Counted from the stretch's first letter, positions 50,321 to 60,999 are shown. The stretch: 64,000 bases of DNA from an uncultured Bacteroidales bacterium (GCA_964614525.1 CAZTPA010000003.1:40136-104135), one strand, 5' to 3'. The notes: generated by a model not told the origin, from the sequence alone. Program-made: numbers and translations.

Positions 50321-51286
50321 ATGGGCTTATTTGATATTTTTTCTAAAAATAAAGAAGAAAAGGAACAAAAACTTAAAGAAGGTTTATCTAAAACCCGGGA
50401 AAATTTTCTTAGTCGCATTGGAAAGGCAGTTATTGGCAAATCCAGTGTTGATGAGGATGTGCTGGATAATCTTGAGGAAATACTTATTAGCAGCGATGTT
50501 GGAGTTGATACCACCCTTAAAATTATTGAACGTATTGAAAAAAGAATTGCTCGTGATAAATATGTAGGTACAGATGAACTTAACAGAATTCTTAAGGAAG
50601 AGATTATTGCATTACTTCAGGAGAATAAATCTACGGATATTAATAATTTTGATTTAACAGATTTGCCAAAACCATATATTATTTTGGTAGTTGGTGTAAA
50701 TGGAGTTGGAAAAACCACAACAATTGCAAAACTTGCCCGTAAGTTTAAGTCGGCAGGAAAAAAGGTTGTGCTTGGTGCCGCTGATACATTCAGGGCTGCA
50801 GCAGTTAATCAGCTTAGCATTTGGTCTGAAAGGGTTGGAGTACCTCTTGTTTCCCAGGGAATGGGAGCAGACCCTGCTTCTGTGGCATTTGATACAGTTG
50901 ATTATGCAAAAAAGAATTCCTTTGATATTGCTATAATTGATACAGCCGGCCGCCTTCATAATAAAGTAAATCTTATGAATGAGCTTTCGAAAATAAAAAG
51001 AGTTGCTAACAAAATTATTCCTGAAGCACCCCATGAAGTATTGTTGATCCTTGATGGTTCTACCGGACAAAATGCATTTGAGCAGGCAAAACAGTTTACT
51101 TCCGCTACAGAAGTTACAGCTCTGGCAATTACTAAGCTTGATGGCACCGCTAAAGGTGGTGTTGTTATTGGTGTTAGTGATCAGTTTAAAATTCCTGTAA
51201 AATATATTGGCGTTGGCGAAGGTCTTGATGACTTGCAATTATTTGACAGAGAAGCATTTGTAGATACTTTGTTTGAAAAATTGTGA
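50321..51286 (+). CDS. ftsY: Signal recognition particle receptor FtsY
   Basis: 321 aa with VGVNGVGKTTTIAKLA, DTFRAAA, DTAGRL and TKLDGTAKGG. Confidence 0.95.
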   Translation: MGLFDIFSKNKEEKEQKLKEGLSKTRENFLSRIGKAVIGKSSVDEDVLDNLEEILISSDVGVDTTLKIIERIEKRIARDKYVGTDELNRILKEEIIALLQENKSTDINNFDLTDLPKPYIILVVGVNGVGKTTTIAKLARKFKSAGKKVVLGAADTFRAAAVNQLSIWSERVGVPLVSQGMGADPASVAFDTVDYAKKNSFDIAIIDTAGRLHNKVNLMNELSKIKRVANKIIPEAPHEVLLILDGSTGQNAFEQAKQFTSATEVTALAITKLDGTAKGGVVIGVSDQFKIPVKYIGVGEGLDDLQLFDREAFVDTLFEKL

Positions 51287-52572
51287 GAAAGAAATCAATA
51301 AATATTATTACACTGGGCTGTTCTAAAAATCTTGTCGATTCAGAGAAAATACTTGGCCAACTCGATCGAAACAGATTTGATTTATTCCACGATGCTGATA
51401 CTCTTACCGATATTGTTATAATCAATACCTGTGGTTTTATTAATGATGCCAAGCAGGAAAGCATAGATACTATTCTTCAGTTTCTTGAAGCAAAAAAACA
51501 AGGTGATATTGAAAAAGTTATTGTTACAGGCTGTTTATCACAAAGGTACAGGGATGAATTGAGTGAAGAAATTCCTGACGCTGATGCCTGCTTTGGTACA
51601 GATGAAAATGATGAGCTATTTAAACTTCTCAAACAAGATTTTAATAAAGAGATTATATCCAGAACTATTACAACTCCGGCACATTATGCTTACCTAAAGA
51701 TATCTGAAGGTTGTGACAGGTTTTGCGCTTTTTGTGCTATCCCATTAATTAGAGGCGCTTATAAGTCAACTCCTATAGAATTATTGGTTGAAGAAGCTAA
51801 AATGCTTGCAGACAAGGGTGTTAAGGAGCTTTTGCTCATTGCTCAGGATCTAAATTTTTATGGATTTGATCTTAATGGTAAACTTCAATTAGGCAATCTA
51901 ATTAATGAACTATCCAAAATTGATGGTATTGAATGGATTAGATTGCATTATGCATATCCTCACAAGTTTCCTGAAGATGTGATTGATATTATTGCAAATA
52001 ATCCAAAGCTTTGTCACTACCTGGATATTCCTTTGCAGCATATAAATGACAGTATTCTTAACTCTATGAAAAGAGGACATAATAATGAAGATACTGTGAA
52101 TCTTATTAATAAATTGCGACAAAAAGTTCCTGATATAGCAATAAGAACTACTATGCTGGTTGGCTATCCCGGAGAAACGGACGAAATGTTTGAAGAATTA
52201 CTTGAATTTGTAAAAGATCAAAAGTTCGAAAGGCTTGGAGTTTTTACATATTCGCCCGAAGAAGGAACTAAAGCTTTCTCACTTAAAGATAATGTTCCTG
52301 AAAAGACAAAGAATTTGCGTGCAGAGAAATTAATGAAAGTTCAACAGGAGATTTCATTGAATAATAATTTGTCTAAGATTGGGAAATCTTTTAAAGTAAT
52401 TATAGACAGGGAAGAGGATGATTGCTTTGTTGGCAGAACAGAGTTTGATTCTCCCGAGATTGATAATGAAGTTTTAATTAAGAAGGATAGTTTATTAAAA
52501 GCGGGCGAATTTTTCAATATTAGAATTACTGATGCTGCTGAATTTGAACTATTTGGCGAACTCAATAATTAA
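51283..52572 (+). CDS. rimO: Ribosomal protein S12 methylthiotransferase RimO (radical SAM MTTase)
   Basis: 429 aa with an N-terminal UPF0004 Cys triad (LGCSKN..NTCGF..GC), the radical-SAM CDRFCAFC and a C-terminal TRAM domain. A GTG start overlaps the ftsY stop (GTGA). Confidence 0.9.
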   Translation: MRKKSINIITLGCSKNLVDSEKILGQLDRNRFDLFHDADTLTDIVIINTCGFINDAKQESIDTILQFLEAKKQGDIEKVIVTGCLSQRYRDELSEEIPDADACFGTDENDELFKLLKQDFNKEIISRTITTPAHYAYLKISEGCDRFCAFCAIPLIRGAYKSTPIELLVEEAKMLADKGVKELLLIAQDLNFYGFDLNGKLQLGNLINELSKIDGIEWIRLHYAYPHKFPEDVIDIIANNPKLCHYLDIPLQHINDSILNSMKRGHNNEDTVNLINKLRQKVPDIAIRTTMLVGYPGETDEMFEELLEFVKDQKFERLGVFTYSPEEGTKAFSLKDNVPEKTKNLRAEKLMKVQQEISLNNNLSKIGKSFKVIIDREEDDCFVGRTEFDSPEIDNEVLIKKDSLLKAGEFFNIRITDAAEFELFGELNN

Positions 52573-52585
52573 TCAGTTTTACACT

Positions 52586-53077
52586 TTATCTTTTCAATTC
52601 AAAAACTTCCAAATCTTTGATGTTTTGCCCGTCAATAACTAAACGAATCATTGTAATTACTTTGTGAAATCCGGATTTTCCTGCTGCACCGGGATTAATA
52701 TGAAGTAAATTATTTTTTTTGTCATTCATGACTTTTAGAATATGAGAATGTCCCGATATAAATAGCTTGGGAGGATTAACCTTTATTATTTCCCTGATTT
52801 TCGGCGAGTAATTGCCGGGATATCCACCAATATGAGTGATTAAGACATCAGTTTCTTCTGCTTTGAATCTTTGAATTTCCGGGTATTCCGTCTGTGTAGA
52901 AAAGTCATCAATATTACCATGAACAGCTATGAGCGGTTTAAAGGCTTTTAGCTCGTATGCTGCATCTAAACCTCCAATGTCACCTGCATGCCATATTTCA
53001 TCACAGTTATTAAAAAACTCATAAACTTTGGGGTGTATAAAACCGTGAGTATCTGATATTATGCCGATTTTCTTCAT
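52586..53077 (-). CDS. YfcE/MJ0936-family metallophosphoesterase
   Basis: 163 aa with ISDTHG, HAGD, GNID and GHSH. Confidence 0.85.
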   Translation of the reverse strand: MKKIGIISDTHGFIHPKVYEFFNNCDEIWHAGDIGGLDAAYELKAFKPLIAVHGNIDDFSTQTEYPEIQRFKAEETDVLITHIGGYPGNYSPKIREIIKVNPPKLFISGHSHILKVMNDKKNNLLHINPGAAGKSGFHKVITMIRLVIDGQNIKDLEVFELKR

Positions 53078-53123
53078 TCTATAAGCTGTTTTTTATTTTA
53101 TATAAGATGCAGATAAAATATTC

Positions 53124-54560
53124 TTATTCAATATCTTCCCATTTGTCTTTTTTTCTCATCAGTGATTCGCGTTGCTCTTTCAGCTCATCAAGTTCAGCTT
53201 CTTTTCTTGCAATAGCTGCTTTTAGTATTTGAATATGATTATTTATGTCATGTGCCGGATCAGAAGAAACTTCATCCAGAAGAGGATTACTCTCAGTTTC
53301 TGACAGACTGCTTATGATGTCGTAATCTTTGTTAATTTCATTTTGTAATGCCTCAATTTTCATATCAACATCAGAAACCTGATAATTGATATGCAATTCA
53401 ATTTTATCTTTTTTTGCAGCATAATATTCATCTTGTCTTTGATGCAGAATGTCAAATGAAGCTTGCAATTTTTTGTAAAGTTCTTCGCGCTCTTCAGCTT
53501 TCATCTTTATGCCTTTAAATTCTGTCTGTACTCTTTTAAGATGTTCTTTGGTTTTTTTGAATTCCATTGAGCTTTGTGCTCTCTCATATGCTGCAAGAAC
53601 CATGGGTTTTAGGCGTTGGTAGTTTTCAATAGCTTCTTTGTTGCGGAAGTTAAAATAATCTTCCTGTCTTTGTTTTATCGTTTCAAAAGCATTCTGAAGT
53701 CTTTGGTATAAAGCTTCTCTGTCTTCCTTCAGCAATTTGTAGTCTCTAAATGTTTGCTGAATTTGCTTTAGTCTTTCAAAAGATTCTTTGAAATTTTCGG
53801 AATTTTTTGCAATATCTTCTCCTTCGGCTATAAGTGATTCCACTAATTTGGTATTGTCCTTTGCATTAGCTTCAAATTCCGATTTTTCTTCTTCGCGCCG
53901 AATTTTTAAAATAGTAAAACCATCTTGCAACTTATTAAGCAATTGATTTCTAACTTCATAACTTAAGTCTGATTCTCTCACTTTTTTCTGATAATTTATC
54001 AGCTTTTGCCACAAATCTGAAATATCAGAAGCATTTTCTGCATTTTGCACAAGAGTTTCAATTTCCGGCATTAAATCTTCTTTTATAATCAGAGATTCTT
54101 TTTCTTTAACTAAGTTTTTCTTTTCGCGTCTTTCTTTAAGCAAATCAAAAGCTTCCTGTAACTGAGAATATAAAGTTTCCCGAATTTCTTTTTCCATTCG
54201 TATACCTTTAAACTCTTGCTGAACTTTTATACAAAAATTCCATGCATCATTTATATCCTCATCCTCAGCATATTTCGCATTTATAAGAGCTTCTTCTACT
54301 TTTGGAGTGAGCGTTTCGCGATTTTTGAATGATTCATTTTGAAATTCTTCTTTATCTTTTTCATAAAGAGTATTTACCTTTTCAAAACATTCATCAAAAA
54401 TTAAATTGATTTCTTTTTTTTGGTCTAAAGTAAGATCGGCATCATGTGATGCTGCTCTCAATTCAATTAAATCACTTTTTATCTCTCTGAAATTCGAAGA
54501 GTTAACAGTATTGTTGAGTTTTGTCAGTTGTTCTTTTAGCAATAAATAATTTATGCTCAT
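53124..54560 (-). CDS. Coiled-coil protein with five ~75-aa helical repeats (DUF349-like)
   Basis: The recurrent block is Q.EFKGI.M..E.RE.LY..LQ.(A/G)F..L..R(R/Q)(E/D), for example QQEFKGIRMEKEIRETLYSQLQEAFDLLKERRE, QQTFRDYKLLKEDREALYQRLQNAFETIKQRQE and QTEFKGIKMKAEEREELYKKLQASFDILHQRQD. I chose ATG 54560 (MSINYLL); the track ORF extends to 54623. Confidence 0.6.
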   Translation of the reverse strand: MSINYLLLKEQLTKLNNTVNSSNFREIKSDLIELRAASHDADLTLDQKKEINLIFDECFEKVNTLYEKDKEEFQNESFKNRETLTPKVEEALINAKYAEDEDINDAWNFCIKVQQEFKGIRMEKEIRETLYSQLQEAFDLLKERREKKNLVKEKESLIIKEDLMPEIETLVQNAENASDISDLWQKLINYQKKVRESDLSYEVRNQLLNKLQDGFTILKIRREEEKSEFEANAKDNTKLVESLIAEGEDIAKNSENFKESFERLKQIQQTFRDYKLLKEDREALYQRLQNAFETIKQRQEDYFNFRNKEAIENYQRLKPMVLAAYERAQSSMEFKKTKEHLKRVQTEFKGIKMKAEEREELYKKLQASFDILHQRQDEYYAAKKDKIELHINYQVSDVDMKIEALQNEINKDYDIISSLSETESNPLLDEVSSDPAHDINNHIQILKAAIARKEAELDELKEQRESLMRKKDKWEDIE

Positions 54561-54702
54561 ATTTGCGTTTTTTTTCAAAAGTACAAAAAAGATACTTAGC
54601 TTAAATTTGAGTTTTTTTCCCAAAAAACAAAGATTTTAAAATAGCTATATGATATTTTTGTAATTTAGCATTTTTCCGGAAAATAATAACAGAATAGGAT
54701 AA

Positions 54703-55239
54703 ATGAGCACGATTCAGTTAAAAGATAAACGATTTGCAAAGTATATTGACTCAGATAGAATTTTATCTGCTGTGGATGCACTTGGGCGTAAAATGAGTTA
54801 TGATTATAACGGACGCATTCCTTTATTTTTAGTAGTTTTGAACGGTTCATTTATGTTTGCCTCGGACCTAATGAAGACATTCGTAGGTGATTGTGAGATT
54901 AGTTTTATTAGATTAAGTTCTTACCAAGGCACAAAATCAACAGAAGAAGTAAAAACTGTTTTAGGCTTAAATGAAAACCTTAAAGACAGAGATATAATAA
55001 TTTTGGAAGATATTATTGATAGTGGAATTACAATAAATCATTTGATTAAGGATTTAGCCACCTATCAACCGGCATCATTAAAGGTAGCTACATTTTTGTT
55101 GAAACCCGATGCACTGAGAACAGAAATAAAACCTGATTATGTCGGCATGGAAATTCCTAATGATTTTATTGTAGGATACGGCCTTGATTATAATGGGTTC
55201 GGCAGAAATTTGCCTGATATTTATAAAATTGTTGAATAA
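54703..55239 (+). CDS. hpt: Hypoxanthine(-guanine) phosphoribosyltransferase
   Basis: 178 aa with the IIILEDIIDSGIT PRPP-binding motif, plus FIVGYGLDY. Confidence 0.9.
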   Translation: MSTIQLKDKRFAKYIDSDRILSAVDALGRKMSYDYNGRIPLFLVVLNGSFMFASDLMKTFVGDCEISFIRLSSYQGTKSTEEVKTVLGLNENLKDRDIIILEDIIDSGITINHLIKDLATYQPASLKVATFLLKPDALRTEIKPDYVGMEIPNDFIVGYGLDYNGFGRNLPDIYKIVE

Positions 55240-55289
55240 GTAAATATAAGTCAAACACAAGTCACATAAGCGACAATAATACGTGATCT

Positions 55290-55883
55290 ATGCTTAACAT
55301 TATAATTTTTGGCCCTCCGGGGTCCGGTAAAGGGACTCAATCTTCCCTTATTGTTCAGAAGTATAACCTTGTTCATCTTTCAACCGGAGATATTCTTCGT
55401 CAGGAAATAGAAGAGCAAACAGCTGTTGGTAAGGAAGCCAAAAAATTTATTGATGATGGACTTTTGGTTCCTGATGAGATTGTTTTGAAGATTTTGTATC
55501 ACAAAGCTTCAGATAATGCTTTAGCAGAAGGTTTTGTTTTTGACGGTTTTCCCAGAACAATTGTTCAGGCAGAAATTTTGGATAAGATGCTGGAGAAACG
55601 CAAAATGCCTATTGATGTGGTAATCAGTGTGGAAGTTAAAGAGGAAGAATTGTTTAAGCGTATGATGGGGCGTGCTGAAGATTCAGGACGTTCTGATGAT
55701 AATGAAGAAACTATTAAGAAAAGAATAGAAGTTTATAAAAACCAAACTTATCCATTAATAGATTACTATAGAAGACAGGGCAAACTTGTTGCTGTTAACG
55801 GGATGGAATCTGTTGATAAAGTTTTTGAGAAAATCTCACGTTCAATCGACTTTTTTAGAGAGAAAAGGCAAATAATTCCTTAG
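55290..55883 (+). CDS. adk: Adenylate kinase (short form without a zinc lid)
   Basis: 197 aa with [20 protein letters not shown] and FDGFPRT. Confidence 0.95.
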   Translation: MLNIIIFGPPGSGKGTQSSLIVQKYNLVHLSTGDILRQEIEEQTAVGKEAKKFIDDGLLVPDEIVLKILYHKASDNALAEGFVFDGFPRTIVQAEILDKMLEKRKMPIDVVISVEVKEEELFKRMMGRAEDSGRSDDNEETIKKRIEVYKNQTYPLIDYYRRQGKLVAVNGMESVDKVFEKISRSIDFFREKRQIIP

Positions 55884-55915
55884 TTTCTTGTTATTTCATT
55901 TATTTAATTTGTAAT

Positions 55916-56911
55916 ATGGCGTCAAATTTTGTTGATCATATAAATATTTATTGTCGTTCCGGAAAAGGTGGCGCCGGTTCAAATCATTTACATAGAGCTA
56001 AATATATAACCAAAGGCGGACCTGATGGTGGTGATGGCGGACAGGGTGGACATGTAATTCTTAAAGGAAATTCAAATCTATGGACACTTCTGCACCTGAG
56101 ATATACCAAGCAAATTAATGCAGAATCCGGCAAACCCGGTGCATCCCAGCAAAAATCAGGTGCAGCCGGAAAAAATGCTATTATTGAAGTGCCTTTGGGA
56201 ACCGTTGCTAAAGATGCTGATACCGGCGAAGTAATGGTGGAAATTACAGAGCATAATGAAACTGTTATCCTTCTGCCGGGAGGACGTGGAGGACAGGGAA
56301 ATACTCATTTCAAATCGGCTACGCGACAAACACCAAGATACTCTCAGCCGGGTGAACCCGGAATTGAAAAAGAGGTTGTACTTGAATTGAAAGTGCTTGC
56401 TGATGTTGGCCTGGTTGGCTTTCCCAATGCAGGAAAATCTACTCTTCTGTCAGTTGTGTCTGCAGCTAAACCCAAAATTGCCGATTATCCGTTTACTACC
56501 TTAGTTCCAAATCTTGGTATTGTGCCATATAGAGATCATAAATCTTTTGTGATGGCCGATATTCCCGGAATTATTGAAGGCGCACATCTCGGTAAAGGCA
56601 TAGGTCTTAGGTTTTTAAGACATATTGAGAGAAATTCCGTTCTTTTGTTTATGGTGCCCGCTGATTCGGAGAGTATAAAAAAAGAATTTAATATTTTATT
56701 GAAGGAACTTGAATTGTATAATCCGGAACTGCTCGATAAAACCAGAATCCTTGCTGTGTCTAAGTGCGATCTTCTTAGTGAAAGTGAGCTTAAAAAGAAA
56801 AGTAAAAAAATGCCTGACGTTCCTGCTTTATTCATCTCTTCTCATACTAACAAAGGTATAATGGAGTTGAAGGATGTGTTATGGAAATATTTAAATGAGG
56901 ATATTGAATAA
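55916..56911 (+). CDS. obgE: GTPase Obg/CgtA
   Basis: 331 aa with a Gly-rich Obg fold ([21 protein letters not shown]), then [13 protein letters not shown] and SKCD. Confidence 0.95.
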   Translation: MASNFVDHINIYCRSGKGGAGSNHLHRAKYITKGGPDGGDGGQGGHVILKGNSNLWTLLHLRYTKQINAESGKPGASQQKSGAAGKNAIIEVPLGTVAKDADTGEVMVEITEHNETVILLPGGRGGQGNTHFKSATRQTPRYSQPGEPGIEKEVVLELKVLADVGLVGFPNAGKSTLLSVVSAAKPKIADYPFTTLVPNLGIVPYRDHKSFVMADIPGIIEGAHLGKGIGLRFLRHIERNSVLLFMVPADSESIKKEFNILLKELELYNPELLDKTRILAVSKCDLLSESELKKKSKKMPDVPALFISSHTNKGIMELKDVLWKYLNEDIE

Positions 56912-56954
56912 TTTTATATAAATTTTTCTGTTGAAATATATATAATATAACAGT

Positions 56955-57533
56955 ATGCTAGAAACTTTGCTAAATCTTGACAGGGATTTATTCCTTTTTT
57001 TAAATGGAATTAATAATTCCTTCTTTGATGTAATAATGTACCACATAAGTGAAAAGTACACCTGGATACCTTTATATGCATTTCTTCTTTACCTTTTCAT
57101 AAAAGAGTATAAATGGAAAACCCTTTTATTCCTGGTATTAGTAATTATTTCAATTGCTATTAGTGATCAATTATCAGGAATATTCAAGTCTTATTTTGAA
57201 AGATTACGACCGTGTCACGATCCCGAAATACAGCATTTGGTGCATTTTATCAAATGTGGAGGAAAATATGCTTTCTTTTCTGCACATGCCTCCAGCACAT
57301 TCACTTTGGCCGCTTTTGTAGCTTTCTTTTTTAGAAGTAAGAAATATTTATACCTGAGAATAATTTTCTTTACTTATGCTGCATTAAATGCATATAGCAG
57401 GATATACCTCGGTGTACATTATCCGGGAGATGTTATAGTAGGGACTGCTTTCGGTAGTTTTATCGGTTTTTCTATTGGATATCTGGGTATGAAATTTCTC
57501 AAAGTTCAGCCGATAAATAATTCGGACTCATAA
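56955..57533 (+). CDS. PAP2-family lipid phosphatase (undecaprenyl-diphosphatase-like)
   Basis: 192 aa with KSYFERLRP, FFSAHAS and SRIYLGVHYPGD, the three PAP2 motifs. Confidence 0.85.
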   Translation: MLETLLNLDRDLFLFLNGINNSFFDVIMYHISEKYTWIPLYAFLLYLFIKEYKWKTLLFLVLVIISIAISDQLSGIFKSYFERLRPCHDPEIQHLVHFIKCGGKYAFFSAHASSTFTLAAFVAFFFRSKKYLYLRIIFFTYAALNAYSRIYLGVHYPGDVIVGTAFGSFIGFSIGYLGMKFLKVQPINNSDS

Positions 57534-57540
57534 CTACAGA

Positions 57541-58002
57541 TTAATATCCCAGTTCTTTTCCTTCAATCTTTTCTATATTTAGTTTGAAAATTACAAGATT
57601 ATTAATTGAAGGTGCATTATATGGAAAATCTTTTCCGGTATATTTCTGCATTATAATATTCATACACTTAATCTTTTCATCATAATCTTCCACAAATTCA
57701 ACTTTGCCAAATGCAATAACACTTCTGTATTTCATGGCATAACTGCATGCCACAGATTCATTTCTGAAAAACAATTTGTGATCAGTACTGAAACTTACAC
57801 AGAGATTTGGGTTTTTCTTCAGAATATTCAGTTTCATACCTCCGGGCCCTGTGTGGAAGTATAGAATATTATTTTCATAAGCGAAATTAAACGGCAAAAC
57901 ATAAGGCAAGTTATTCTCATCAGCCATGCCGATATAACAAACATCGCACTTATCAATGATAAACTTAATCCTTTCCGGATCTGTAAAAACAGGGTTGTTC
58001 AT
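57541..58002 (-). CDS. Pyridoxamine 5'-phosphate oxidase-family FMN-binding protein
   Basis: 153 aa with a split-barrel pattern (CYIGMADENNLPYVLPFNFAYENNILYFHTGPGGMKLNIL). Confidence 0.75.
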   Translation of the reverse strand: MNNPVFTDPERIKFIIDKCDVCYIGMADENNLPYVLPFNFAYENNILYFHTGPGGMKLNILKKNPNLCVSFSTDHKLFFRNESVACSYAMKYRSVIAFGKVEFVEDYDEKIKCMNIIMQKYTGKDFPYNAPSINNLVIFKLNIEKIEGKELGY

Positions 58003-58202
58003 ATAACTTAAATGTTTAGTAATTTACTCTGTGTTATCTATGCTTTAATTAATAAAACTTACTTGATAATCATTCACAAATATATAAAATCAAAATAGTT
58101 TTTTATCAGTATTCAACAATTGTTTATAACGATTTTATCAAAAATTAAAAATATTGAAGGAAATTTCATATAATTGCAATGCAAAGGATAAAAAACAAAA
58201 TT

Positions 58203-58958
58203 ATGGGAAAAATCATAGCTATTAGCAATCATAAGGGTGGAGTGGGTAAAACAACGTCTGCAATAAATTTTGGTGCAGCATTAGCAAAATCAGGTAAGAA
58301 AGTTCTGCTTATTGATTTTGACCCTCAGTCAAATCTAAGCCAAAGTCTTGATATTTTAGAACCGGAAACAGATATCTATTCTGTTATAAAAGAAGAAAAA
58401 GAATTCGAACCCATCAAACTTTTTAAAAATTTATATTTAATGCCTTCTGTCAGTAATTTAGGTGCTGCTGAAATAGAGCTTGCCGCAGAAGCAGGCCGAG
58501 AATATATACTGTCAGAAATATTGGATGATGTAAAAGTCGATTTTGAATATATTATTATAGACTGCCCTCCATCATTGGGCCTTCTTACAATAAATGCATT
58601 TACCGCTGCCGATGAAGTATTGATACCTATGCAAGCAGAGTTTCTTTCTTTGCAAGGCATTGGAAAGTTGCTGGCGCTTGTTGAAAAAATCAAAAAAAGA
58701 CTTAATGAGAAACTTACTATCGCCGGTATTTTTATAACTCAATTCGACAGAAGGAAAGTGTTAAACAGACATGTTCTTGATACTATTGAAGGCCATTTTG
58801 GTGAAAAAGTTTATGAAACAACGATAAGAAATAATGTAGCACTTGCAGAAGCGCCAAACTCCGGTCTTGATATTTATAGGTACCAAGAGGAAAGCAATGG
58901 AGCTTTCGATTATAAACAGCTTACAAAAGAGTATCTCAAAAGAGAAAAAAATATGTAA
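58203..58958 (+). CDS. ParA/Soj-family ATPase (no adjacent parB)
   Basis: MGKIIAISNHKGGVGKTTSAINFGAALA is the deviant Walker A, alongside IDFDPQ and IIIDCPPSLG. The track ORF begins at an upstream ATG (58179). Confidence 0.85.
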   Translation: MGKIIAISNHKGGVGKTTSAINFGAALAKSGKKVLLIDFDPQSNLSQSLDILEPETDIYSVIKEEKEFEPIKLFKNLYLMPSVSNLGAAEIELAAEAGREYILSEILDDVKVDFEYIIIDCPPSLGLLTINAFTAADEVLIPMQAEFLSLQGIGKLLALVEKIKKRLNEKLTIAGIFITQFDRRKVLNRHVLDTIEGHFGEKVYETTIRNNVALAEAPNSGLDIYRYQEESNGAFDYKQLTKEYLKREKNM

Positions 58959-59021
58959 TTTTTCTTTTGATAGTGGTATTTTCGTTGCAAATTGAATATC
59001 TGATTTTAAAATTGTCTATAA

Positions 59022-59417
59022 ATGAAAGAACTAACAAGAGCTGAAGAACAATTTATGCAGGTTCTTTGGGAATTAAAATCAGCTTCTATAAAAGATATTG
59101 TTGCATATCTTCATGAGCCTCGTCCTAAATACACCACTGTATCTACAATTATAAGAATACTTGAAAAAAAAGAATTTGTTGGGCACACAGCAAAAGGCAG
59201 AAATTTTATTTATCATCCCTTAGTTGATAAAAAGCAATATGCCCGCTTTTTAATGAGAAACCTATTATCTAAATACTTTCAGAATTCTATTCGTCAGATG
59301 GTTTATTTTCTTTCTCACGAAAAAAATCTTACATCATCAGAACTGGAGGAGATTCGAAACCTCATAGATGTTGAAATCAGGCGAAAAGATGAACCCGGTC
59401 AGGATATGATTAAATAG
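59022..59417 (+). CDS. BlaI/MecI/CopY-family winged-helix transcriptional repressor
   Basis: 131 aa. LTRAEEQFMQVLWELKSASIKDIVAYL...KYTTVSTIIRILEKKEFV is a typical Penicillinase_R fold. No BlaR1-type M56 sensor gene follows. Confidence 0.85.
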   Translation: MKELTRAEEQFMQVLWELKSASIKDIVAYLHEPRPKYTTVSTIIRILEKKEFVGHTAKGRNFIYHPLVDKKQYARFLMRNLLSKYFQNSIRQMVYFLSHEKNLTSSELEEIRNLIDVEIRRKDEPGQDMIK

Positions 59418-60999
59418 CTGCAAGTATTTGTGAAAATACAATCATCATAACCAAAGCCATTGGATAAACTGTAGCATAGGCTACAGCAGAAGCTTCGCAG
59501 GAACTTTTGCCGTCAATCACTGCAAGTCCGGGAGTGGATGTCATACTGCCGGCAATAACTCCCATGAGAGTCAAAAAATTAAATTTAAACAAATAATGCC
59601 CAATAAAAAATGCTATAATCATTGGTATTATGGTCACTGTAAATCCAACAGATATTATTGACCAACCATAAAGACTCCAGGTTTCAGCAATTTGTGAACC
59701 TGCATGAGTGCCTACAGTAGCCAAAAACATAAGCATCCCCAGTTTTCTGAGTAATTGGTTTCCACTTCCCGACATTGACCAGATTATGTTTCCGGTTTTC
59801 CCTACTTTGCTCAGTATTAAAGCTGTTGCCAAAACTCCTCCTGTTATACCTAAAGAAAAATCAAAAAATCCAAATATGGGTATGCTAATAGAGCCAATCA
59901 TAATACCGATAATAATACCGAGGCTTATTGGTAAAAAGTTTGTTTCACTAAGGCGCTTTTCATTATTCCCCAGCAACTTCATTACATTGCGCATGTTTTC
60001 TCCATCGCAGGCAACGAGAACCTTATCTCCAAATCTCAGCCGACTTCCGGCAGATGGACTAATATCTATGCCGCTTCGCCTTATACGCGTGATTGTTGCA
60101 TTATAATTTTTAGTTATATTTAATGACCCCAGAGATTTATTTATTACCTTTTTATTGGTCACAAGTACCCAGTTTACTTTATAATCTTTTTCAAGTGGAA
60201 TTTCCTCGTCTGTGACCGACCCGATAAAAAGCCCCGCTTTTTCCAGGGCCTCTTCAGTGCCAACAATCTTTACTATATCTCCCAAAAATAATCTTGTATC
60301 TTTTCCGGGAGTGCTTGCAAAACCATTATGCTTAACCCTTGAAATTACAGCATTTGTCATTGAACCAAATTTAAGATCCATCAAACTTTTACCGTCAATA
60401 TTCTTGTTTTCTACAATGAAATTTTTGTTAGAAACTTCAGGAAAATCTTCTGCCAATTGTTCTTTATAAGATTCTTCTTCTTTTTTGAAATTAATCTTAA
60501 ATAATAAAGGGAATAAGTTTAGACAAATTAATACTCCTACAACTCCCAAGGGGTAGGCTATACCATAACCAATTGATGCCAATGGAGAGTCGGTGGCTTC
60601 AATAGCTGCTGCCAGACCCGGCGTGCTTGTTAATGCTCCGTTGAAAATTCCTATAGACAAACTGGATTCTATATCAAATAAATATCCTAAAGACTTACTT
60701 AAAGCAGCAGCAGAGATTATTAAAATAGAACAAATAATCAGTAATTTATATCCAATTTTACTGAATGCCTGGAAAAATCCCGGCCCGGCCTGAATGCCTA
60801 TGGTAAAGATGTAAAAAAGCAAACCTATTGTTTGAAATTCTATTGGTACTATTAAACCGAAATGGCCTAAAACCAATGCAACAATGATTACTGCAGAAAG
60901 ATCTAAGGAAAATGACTTGATTTTTAGCTTACCTACAATAATTCCTATGCTTATTATAAGAAACAGAACAAAATATCCTTCATTAAAAAACTGAGACAT
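59410..60999 (-). CDS. YidE/YbjL-type (AAE family) putative transporter with two central TrkA_C/RCK_C domains
   Basis: 529 aa, built from two homologous 5-6 TM halves separated by about 170 aa of soluble duplicated region (GDIVKIVGTEEAL.. / GDKVLVACDGENM..). Confidence 0.75.
   Translation of the reverse strand: MSQFFNEGYFVLFLIISIGIIVGKLKIKSFSLDLSAVIIVALVLGHFGLIVPIEFQTIGLLFYIFTIGIQAGPGFFQAFSKIGYKLLIICSILIISAAALSKSLGYLFDIESSLSIGIFNGALTSTPGLAAAIEATDSPLASIGYGIAYPLGVVGVLICLNLFPLLFKINFKKEEESYKEQLAEDFPEVSNKNFIVENKNIDGKSLMDLKFGSMTNAVISRVKHNGFASTPGKDTRLFLGDIVKIVGTEEALEKAGLFIGSVTDEEIPLEKDYKVNWVLVTNKKVINKSLGSLNITKNYNATITRIRRSGIDISPSAGSRLRFGDKVLVACDGENMRNVMKLLGNNEKRLSETNFLPISLGIIIGIMIGSISIPIFGFFDFSLGITGGVLATALILSKVGKTGNIIWSMSGSGNQLLRKLGMLMFLATVGTHAGSQIAETWSLYGWSIISVGFTVTIIPMIIAFFIGHYLFKFNFLTLMGVIAGSMTSTPGLAVIDGKSSCEASAVAYATVYPMALVMMIVFSQILAAI

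Noticed and set aside
50654-51238. 194-aa minus-strand ORF, along with 50316-50567, 50700-50936 and 50956-51147, overlapping ftsY
   Set aside because: ftsY on the plus strand has complete GTPase motifs G1-G4. The overlapping frames are Cys/Asn/Phe-rich with no motifs and are shadow ORFs.
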